A stretch of DNA of 32,000 nt from Archaeoglobus fulgidus DSM 4304 (GTDB taxonomy: Archaea; Halobacteriota; Archaeoglobi; Archaeoglobales; Archaeoglobaceae). A program made the position numbers and the translations under genes. Each line of letters starts with the position of its first letter. Positions within the stretch are counted from its first letter, which is position 1. Positions 25,906 through 32,000 of this stretch are shown here, piece after piece. The notes below the pieces were generated by a model. That model had not been told where the DNA came from. It ran no database searches and saw only the letters and a program-made list of their open reading frames with translations. The stretch lies in the NCBI RefSeq assembly GCF_000008665.1, contig NC_000917.1, positions 210,001 to 242,000 on the forward strand, read 5' to 3'.

Positions 25906-27561
25906 TCACGGGTGCGTGTACACCGCGACCAGTTCCTCGTCAGCAGACTCTACTTTACAGAAAGCAAATCTCTCGAACTGCACGACTTTCCCGACATCTC
26001 TAACTGCGTTTCTCTCCACAAGCCCTTCCGCTTCCCTTTCGCCGATAACCTTGCCCTTGATAGCCTCGCTCTCAGGAAGCCAGTGGATTATGTTCTTCCC
26101 CTTCTTGACCCCCTCAAGCTCAAAACCCATGAACTCTGCCTTCTCGTCAAGCAGAACGTTGCAGAAGTCCTTCAGCCTTACAACCTGCCCTTTCAACCTC
26201 TCGAAGTCGTCTTTTGTAACATATATAGTTCTTTCACCTTTCAGCCTTCTCTTCTCGCCCGTGTGCGGATTCAGCGGGAGCTCGACCTCTTTCTTCTCCG
26301 GCAGGTTAACGATTTCAATCTTCACGGGCCCCCAAATGAAAAAGTAACGGTTTGCCTTGCGATCGATGATTTTCCTGTTCTCAGCGTAAAGATTCTTGAG
26401 ACTGACGGAAACGTCGTTCTCGCCAACTCCCAGCGAAAGGAAGAAGCTCTTTATGGCTTCAGGCTCAAATCCTCTCCTCCTGAAGGCTCTCAAGGTTGGC
26501 AGCCTTGGGTCATCCCAGCCCTCATACTTACCCCTTTCAATATCCTTCTTAATTGAAGAAGTCGATAGCTTCCCGAATTCGAAGATTTTAACCCTGCCCC
26601 AGTGCTTTGTAATGGGGTAAATCCAGCCAAAATACTCGTAGATGTATCTCTGCCTCCTCTCAGAATCAATTAAGTCCTTACCCCTGATAATGTGCGTTAT
26701 GCCTAAAAGGTGATCCTCTATAGCAGATTCAAAATCGAGTGTGGGATAGACAACATATTTATCCCCAACGAGAGGATGTGATTCCTTTATTATCCTGAAA
26801 GCCACCCAGTCCCTTATTGCCGGATCCTTGTGGCGCATATCCGTCTTAATTCTAAGAACGACTTCTCCTTCCTCATAGTCTCCTTCAAGCATTCTCTCCC
26901 AGACTTCAAGTGTATCCTCGACGCTGATGTTTCTGTGTGGGCACTCCTCACCACTGTCCCTGAACTTCTTGAACTCCTCCTGACTGCAGAAGCAGGTGTA
27001 GGCTTTGCCCATTTCTATAAGCTTTCTTGCATAATCGTAGTAGATGGGAATCCTTCTTGAGGCGTAAATAACCTCGTCAGGCTTGTAACCGAGCCATTCA
27101 ATGTCCTCTAGGTACCACTCGTAGGCCTCAATCATCGGTCTCTTGGTTCTGGGGTCTGTATCGTCAAACCTGATAATGTACTTCCCTTCGTACATCTTCG
27201 CGTATTCACCGTTGACGATTATCCCCCTAGCAGAACCGAGTGTAGGTGGACCGTTTGGATTAGGAGCGAATCTCATCACAACTTTCCCTTTCTCAGCCCC
27301 CTCAAGCTCTGGAAGCTTCTTCGTCTCCAACTCCCTTTTAGCTTCGCTATCCATGCTGTATTTTTTGATTAGCTCCTTCCTTACTTCTTCAGAAAGCGCT
27401 TCGAACTCGGTAATGCACTCCTTTACGAGTTCAAGGACCTCTTTAGCTTTTTTTCTGAGTTCTGGATTTTCTGCCATCACCTTCCCCATTACAGCCTTTT
27501 CACTGGCTTTTCCGTACTTTGCGGCGTTCTGAACTACGTATTTCATTATGACTTCTTTCAC
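25906..27561 (-). CDS. gltX: Glutamyl-tRNA synthetase, archaeal type
   Basis: VMRFAPNPNGPPTLGSARGIIVNGEYAKMYEGKYIIRFDDTDP; FGKLSTSSIKKDIERG; class I GlxRS C-terminal beta-barrels. Confidence 0.96.
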   Translation of the reverse strand: MKEVIMKYVVQNAAKYGKASEKAVMGKVMAENPELRKKAKEVLELVKECITEFEALSEEVRKELIKKYSMDSEAKRELETKKLPELEGAEKGKVVMRFAPNPNGPPTLGSARGIIVNGEYAKMYEGKYIIRFDDTDPRTKRPMIEAYEWYLEDIEWLGYKPDEVIYASRRIPIYYDYARKLIEMGKAYTCFCSQEEFKKFRDSGEECPHRNISVEDTLEVWERMLEGDYEEGEVVLRIKTDMRHKDPAIRDWVAFRIIKESHPLVGDKYVVYPTLDFESAIEDHLLGITHIIRGKDLIDSERRQRYIYEYFGWIYPITKHWGRVKIFEFGKLSTSSIKKDIERGKYEGWDDPRLPTLRAFRRRGFEPEAIKSFFLSLGVGENDVSVSLKNLYAENRKIIDRKANRYFFIWGPVKIEIVNLPEKKEVELPLNPHTGEKRRLKGERTIYVTKDDFERLKGQVVRLKDFCNVLLDEKAEFMGFELEGVKKGKNIIHWLPESEAIKGKVIGEREAEGLVERNAVRDVGKVVQFERFAFCKVESADEELVAVYTHP

Positions 27562-27633
27562 GGCCCACCTGGGAAGTTGAGAAATATAAAGGTGATGAAA
27601 GTTTTAAATTCAGGAGAGCAAAACTTCGTGCCT

Positions 27634-28809
27634 ATGGTGGCATCGAGCAGTTTGGCACTGTTGTTCTCCATAGCCGTCGTGCTGATTTTGATAAGAAAGG
27701 TCAACATAGGCTTGGCCATCTTTGTTGGTTCAGCAATACTTGCCTACCTCACTCTCGGTGCTGATGGGCTTTTGGTTATGCTGAAGTCCCTTGCAAATCC
27801 CCAAACAATTGAAATAGTGGTTATTGTTATTCTTGCCTTCACCCTCGGTTACTCAATGGAATACTTTGGAATGCTCGAAAAAGTCACAGGCGGACTCTCA
27901 GAATCGTTTGGAGTATACAGTTTTCTCCTCATCCCACTTTTGATTGGATTGCTTCCCATGCCCGGTGGTGCGCTTATCTCAGCAGTTATGCTCGGACCAC
28001 TGACAAAAATGTACCGAATCTCTCCCGAAAAAGCGACTCTCCTCAACTACTGGTTCAGACACGTATGGGTCACATTTTGGCCCCTCTATCCGAGCGTCAT
28101 AATAGGTGCGGCAGTCGTCAACGTTGACTATTTCCACTTTGCCGCTGCTACGTTTCCAATCGGAGTTTTTGCACTGACTGCTGGACTAACGCTGACCAGA
28201 GGCATGGAAAGGAGGTTTAGAGTTTCAAGAAACCTTTTTGATTCCCTGATTAACCTCTATCCGATAGCCATACTCCTAATCCTTTCAGTTCTGCTAAGGC
28301 TCGACCTCCTCCTTGCCCTTGTTGTGGCTATTGCTGCAGTTAGCATCCACAATAGAGCAAAGCTGGAAGACTTCAGGGAGATTTTCAGAAGGACAGTGGA
28401 CAAAAAAATAATACTGCTGGTCTTCGCAGTGATGGTTTACAAGTCTGTAATACAGAACAGCGGTGCGGCGGAATCTCTTTTCACCGACATCTCTCTCGGA
28501 TTTCCTGCTCCTGCAGCAGCGTTTCTTCTAACACTCTTGGTGGGCTTTGCCACGGGCATCGAAATGAGCTACTCATCCATAGCTCTCCCTCTCCTAACGT
28601 CCTTTACGGGTTCTGGAATTGTTGTGGCGAAGAACCTGATGCTCGTAATTGCTGCTGGTTATATTGGGGTCATGCTCTCTCCCATGCACCTCTGCTACAT
28701 CCTCACCGCAGAGTACTTTGGCACAGAAATCGGCAAGACCTACAGGCAACTTCTGGCAATTGCGGGAATTACTGCAGCGCTTGTTTGGATTGCATACTTG
28801 GTGATTTAA
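27634..28809 (+). CDS. DUF401-like multi-TM membrane protein (putative permease)
   Basis: About 10 TM segments; LLPMPGGALISAVMLGP and SSYSSIALPLLTSF-type loops of ion transporter-like families. The start codon is uncertain. Confidence 0.75.
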   Translation: MVASSSLALLFSIAVVLILIRKVNIGLAIFVGSAILAYLTLGADGLLVMLKSLANPQTIEIVVIVILAFTLGYSMEYFGMLEKVTGGLSESFGVYSFLLIPLLIGLLPMPGGALISAVMLGPLTKMYRISPEKATLLNYWFRHVWVTFWPLYPSVIIGAAVVNVDYFHFAAATFPIGVFALTAGLTLTRGMERRFRVSRNLFDSLINLYPIAILLILSVLLRLDLLLALVVAIAAVSIHNRAKLEDFREIFRRTVDKKIILLVFAVMVYKSVIQNSGAAESLFTDISLGFPAPAAAFLLTLLVGFATGIEMSYSSIALPLLTSFTGSGIVVAKNLMLVIAAGYIGVMLSPMHLCYILTAEYFGTEIGKTYRQLLAIAGITAALVWIAYLVI

Positions 28810-28827
28810 TAAAAGAATGAAAAATTT

Positions 28828-30453
28828 TTATTTAGTATAGTAATCCTTGTACTGTTCCCTCAGCGTCCGTTTGCTGAACTTTCCTACGCTTGTTTTTGGT
28901 ATCTCGTCAGTTATGATGATGTCATCTGGTAACTGCCACTTTGCAAATCTCTGTTTTAAATGCTCGTACAGCTCTTCCTTTGTTATGCTGTCCTTGAATT
29001 CAGGCTTTGGAACGACAAACGCTAGAGGTCTCTCCTCCCACTTGGGGTGGGGAATGCCCACAACGCACGCCTCAAATACCTTTGGATGAGCCATAAGGTG
29101 GTTCTCAAGGTCAACGCTGCTTATCCACTCTCCACCGCTCTTTATTAGATCTTTGAACCTGTCTACAATCTTGATGTATCCCCACTCGTCGATGGTTGCG
29201 GCATCACCGCTCTTCCACCACTTTAACAGCCCGTCATCGATGAACGACTCGAACGTTCTTGCATCCTTGTAGTAGCTTCCCGTAATCCAGTGCCCCCTGA
29301 TGCAGAGTTCGCCAATCGTCTTGCCATCGTGTGGAAGTCTGTTCCCCTCCTCGTCAACCAGCATGACCTCCACGCCAAACACGGGGATTCCCTGCTTCCT
29401 CTTGAGCTCCCACAACTCCTCTTCGTTCAGTTTTTCCCTCAGCTCCGGTTTTACGTAGTTGTAGCACACGAGCGGGGATGTTTCGGTTGCCCCATAAGCA
29501 TGAATTATTTCAATGCCGAATTCTTTCAATCCCTTCATCACTGCAAGCGGTGGCTCAGTTGCGCCGCTCCACGCCCTTATGTTGAACTTCGGCTTTGGCT
29601 CGACCTTCTGGAGGTAGTTTAGCATGGGAAGGAAAATGGCAGGAGCTCCAGCTGTTGCTGTAACCTTTTCGCTCTGCATCAGTTCAACCACCGGAGCAAG
29701 GTTGTCTACAGCATATCTCCCAGGGAAGACGAGCTTGCTCCCTGCCAGTGTTGCAGCGAAGAAAACACCCCACCCATTTGCGTGGAACATCGGAACAAGC
29801 TGCATGTAAGCGTCTTCGGGCCTTAAACCCATTCCGATTGCCGCTATTAGTGAGTGGAGCACCATCGAGCGGTGGGAGTAGTAAACTCCCTTCGGATTTC
29901 CGGTTGTGCCGGATGTGTAGCAGGCTGCGTAGGCAGAAGTTTCATCCACCATCGGGAAATCGTAGTCCTTACTTGCTTTTCTCAAAAGTTCTTCATAGCT
30001 GTAAACTTCCGGAAGCTTCGTCTCCGGAGTTTCCCCGTCGGTCATGACCACATACTTCTCCACACCTATAGACGGGGCTATAGCTTCGGCAATTGGAAGC
30101 AAGGATTCATCAACGAATATCACCTTCGCACCGCTGTGGTTTGCAACATAGGCAATCTCCCTCGGATGCAGCCTCAGGTTCATCTCCAGAAGGACTGCTC
30201 CGATCCCGGGAATGGCAAAGAAGAGCTCAAAGAATCTGTGAGTGTTCCAGCTCAGAACTCCCACTCTATCTCCAACATCGACCCCAAGCTCTTCGAGGAC
30301 GTTGGCCAGTCTTGAAACTCTCTCGTAAGCCTCGCCATAGCTGTATCTGAACAGGCTCCCATCCAGGTTTCTCGAAACAACCTCCCTCTCTGGAAAATTC
30401 GTGGCCGCATGTCTCAGTATGTTTGTAATGTTCAGCTGGTATTCATCCATCAT
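28828..30453 (-). CDS. AMP-dependent acyl-CoA synthetase (medium/long-chain fatty acyl-CoA ligase-like)
   Basis: YTSGTTGNPKGVYYSHRSMV; YGATETSPLV; GEWISSVDLENHLMAHPKV; K at PKTSVGKFSKRTLREQY. Confidence 0.93.
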   Translation of the reverse strand: MMDEYQLNITNILRHAATNFPEREVVSRNLDGSLFRYSYGEAYERVSRLANVLEELGVDVGDRVGVLSWNTHRFFELFFAIPGIGAVLLEMNLRLHPREIAYVANHSGAKVIFVDESLLPIAEAIAPSIGVEKYVVMTDGETPETKLPEVYSYEELLRKASKDYDFPMVDETSAYAACYTSGTTGNPKGVYYSHRSMVLHSLIAAIGMGLRPEDAYMQLVPMFHANGWGVFFAATLAGSKLVFPGRYAVDNLAPVVELMQSEKVTATAGAPAIFLPMLNYLQKVEPKPKFNIRAWSGATEPPLAVMKGLKEFGIEIIHAYGATETSPLVCYNYVKPELREKLNEEELWELKRKQGIPVFGVEVMLVDEEGNRLPHDGKTIGELCIRGHWITGSYYKDARTFESFIDDGLLKWWKSGDAATIDEWGYIKIVDRFKDLIKSGGEWISSVDLENHLMAHPKVFEACVVGIPHPKWEERPLAFVVPKPEFKDSITKEELYEHLKQRFAKWQLPDDIIITDEIPKTSVGKFSKRTLREQYKDYYTK

Positions 30454-30566
30454 TGTCGACGGAAAACCTCTTACAAAACGCATGATTGATATTTACTAAA
30501 CAATTATTTAAGATTGTTGCTTCTGAGGGCAAAGCTTAAATTTCTATACCGACAAGGAGAGCAAGA

Positions 30567-30639
30567 GCCGCCGTAGCTTAGCTGGTAGAGCGTCCGGCTG
30601 TTAACCGGACGGTCGCAGGTTCGAATCCTGCCGGCGGCG
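30567..30639 (+). tRNA. tRNA-Asn (anticodon GTT)
   Basis: GCCGCCG...CGGCTGTTAACCGG...GCAGGTTCGAATCCTGCCGGCGGCG. Confidence 0.98.
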
Positions 30640-30672
30640 TATTGTCGCCGGTTTTTGTGAACCTTTTCAATT

Positions 30673-31932
30673 TTATTTAGAAACCAAAACAGCAAGTAAA
30701 GTAACCACAACTCTGGTAAGGCTGATAGCTGCTACAAACAAAAACATCCAGAATATCCACTGCAGGCTAATCGCGGAAAGCAGGCAGAAAATCATGATCA
30801 GAAAAATCCTCTCATCCCTTTTTCCGGGAATGTAGTTCAGCACGCGAAACTTTCCGAATATGCTCTCTCCGAACTCCGCCTTGTACTTCTCGGAGGTGTA
30901 GCTGACCATCACACTCCCGAAGATCGCAAACATAGCTACGGTTGCCGTTTTTGGATACAGGAGAGCGATTATTGCGAGAAAAAGGAAATCGACGAACCTG
31001 TCCAGAATTGAATCAACATACCCGCCTTTTTTGGACATTTTCAGTGAGGCTCTTGCTATCTCCCCATCACACCCGTCGAGAATTGAGGAGAACTGGTACA
31101 GCAGGCCTGCTAAGGGAATCGAAAAAAAGCTTGCTAAGGCGGAAAAAGCTCCGACAAGGAAAGAGATAAGAGTCATCTGGTTGGGGTTGACTTTATTAAC
31201 GATGGCTGCCGAAATTCTCGTCGAGATTTTCCTGTTGATTTTCCTTGAAATAAACCCGTCCCCGGAGCCCTTGACTGCAGCAGACACCAAGGCTCTATTA
31301 GCCCTCCTAACGTCCTCCTTTGTGTCCACATCCATCCATAGCTCCCCATCAACGTAAGTTACAGGCAGTCTGGCGAGTTTAACAATCTCGCTCAGCGGTA
31401 TCTCCTCCCTGTCTCTGAGCTTTTCAGCATGCTCGAAGATTGAATCATCCAGGACGAAAAATCCAGTGTCAACGCAGTCAAACTCCCTCAAATCTTTGCC
31501 GATCTTCGCCACTCTGCCGTCCTCCACTCTAATCTTCGTGGCCTCCCCAATGTCGACAAACCTCGGCTCTCTGTCCGCTATAACCCCTTCCCCCCTCACA
31601 GCCTTTTCGATGAACTGCTGGCTGTACACGTGGTCGCCCATGGTCAGAATGAACCTGTCCTCTACATGGTTTTTGGCAACAAGCAGGGAGTAGCCGTTTC
31701 CCTTCTCGGGCCTGTCATGCCTGACTATCTTGTAATTGAAACCCTTATCCTTCAAAAACGCGTCGATGTCATCAGCGTAGCGACTTGCCACGATTATGAA
31801 CTCCGAAACGTGGGGGGAGAGGAGCTTCATGGTTCTTAAAATTATTTCACAGCCACCAACTCTGACCAAAGGCTTTGGAACACCACCAAGCCTCGTGCCC
31901 AATCCAGCGGCAAGTATAACCGCCTTCATCAA
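30673..31932 (-). CDS. Bifunctional inositol-1-phosphate cytidylyltransferase / di-myo-inositol-phosphate-phosphate synthase
   Basis: N-terminal nucleotidyltransferase MKAVILAAGLGTRLGGVPKPLVRVGG; C-terminal CDP-alcohol phosphotransferase motif DGCDGEIARASLKMSKKGGYVDSILDRFVD. Confidence 0.9.
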   Translation of the reverse strand: MMKAVILAAGLGTRLGGVPKPLVRVGGCEIILRTMKLLSPHVSEFIIVASRYADDIDAFLKDKGFNYKIVRHDRPEKGNGYSLLVAKNHVEDRFILTMGDHVYSQQFIEKAVRGEGVIADREPRFVDIGEATKIRVEDGRVAKIGKDLREFDCVDTGFFVLDDSIFEHAEKLRDREEIPLSEIVKLARLPVTYVDGELWMDVDTKEDVRRANRALVSAAVKGSGDGFISRKINRKISTRISAAIVNKVNPNQMTLISFLVGAFSALASFFSIPLAGLLYQFSSILDGCDGEIARASLKMSKKGGYVDSILDRFVDFLFLAIIALLYPKTATVAMFAIFGSVMVSYTSEKYKAEFGESIFGKFRVLNYIPGKRDERIFLIMIFCLLSAISLQWIFWMFLFVAAISLTRVVVTLLAVLVSK

Positions 31933-31981
31933 TTTTATTCTTCCTGCAAAGATTTTTAAGTATTCTCCGTCAACATTTATC

Positions 31982-32000
31982 ATGGGTGCGGATATTGGTG
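31982..32000 (+). CDS. Start of a divergent gene running off the window (MGADIG...)
   Basis: ATGGGTGCGGATATTGGTG at the window end; only six codons visible. Confidence 0.35.

Noticed and set aside
25764-26003. 79-aa + ORF
   Set aside because: Runs through tRNA-Asp and the gltX 3' end on the opposite strand.
28847-30350. Multiple + strand ORFs inside the acyl-CoA ligase
   Set aside because: Antisense shadows of the AMP-binding protein.
1-32000. CRISPR array, insertion sequence, or prophage
   Set aside because: No regularly spaced repeats, transposase, integrase, or terminal inverted repeat was seen by eye.

Overview
Archaeal chromosomal window whose gene content and order match my recollection of Archaeoglobus fulgidus; this is recall, not a database search. 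Most of it is dense housekeeping and metabolic coding: HtpX-like M48 protease, SSS-family symporter, Cbf5, purine PRTase, adenine deaminase, TrmO, sugar-phosphate nucleotidyltransferase, radical SAM protein, Orc1/Cdc6, FeoB plus a DtxR-FeoA fusion, nucleotide pyrophosphatase-like protein, OYE-type oxidoreductase, CaCA exchanger, Trm112/PyrG/GuaAB, CoA-disulfide reductase/NADH oxidase, PurP, GltX, DUF401 permease, acyl-CoA ligase, and an IPCT/DIPPS fusion. There are four tRNA genes: Ser-GCT, Val-CAC, Asp-GTC with a 35-nt intron, and Asn-GTT. The only accessory-looking stretch is about 23.85-25.5 kb, between tRNA genes. It holds a truncated DUF433/DUF5615-like toxin-antitoxin remnant, a membrane-protein gene broken by two apparent frameshifts, and a MNT nucleotidyltransferase followed by a shortened HEPN-like partner. 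Other leads: a frameshifted MBL-fold hydrolase at the left edge, a DtxR-type operator in the feoB promoter, a hairpin after cdc6 with H/ACA guide-RNA geometry, a GC-rich hairpin between tRNA genes, a nested dyad upstream of cdc6, and a 47-aa membrane ORF coupled to the symporter. I found no convincing large undescribed multi-gene system and no CRISPR array.
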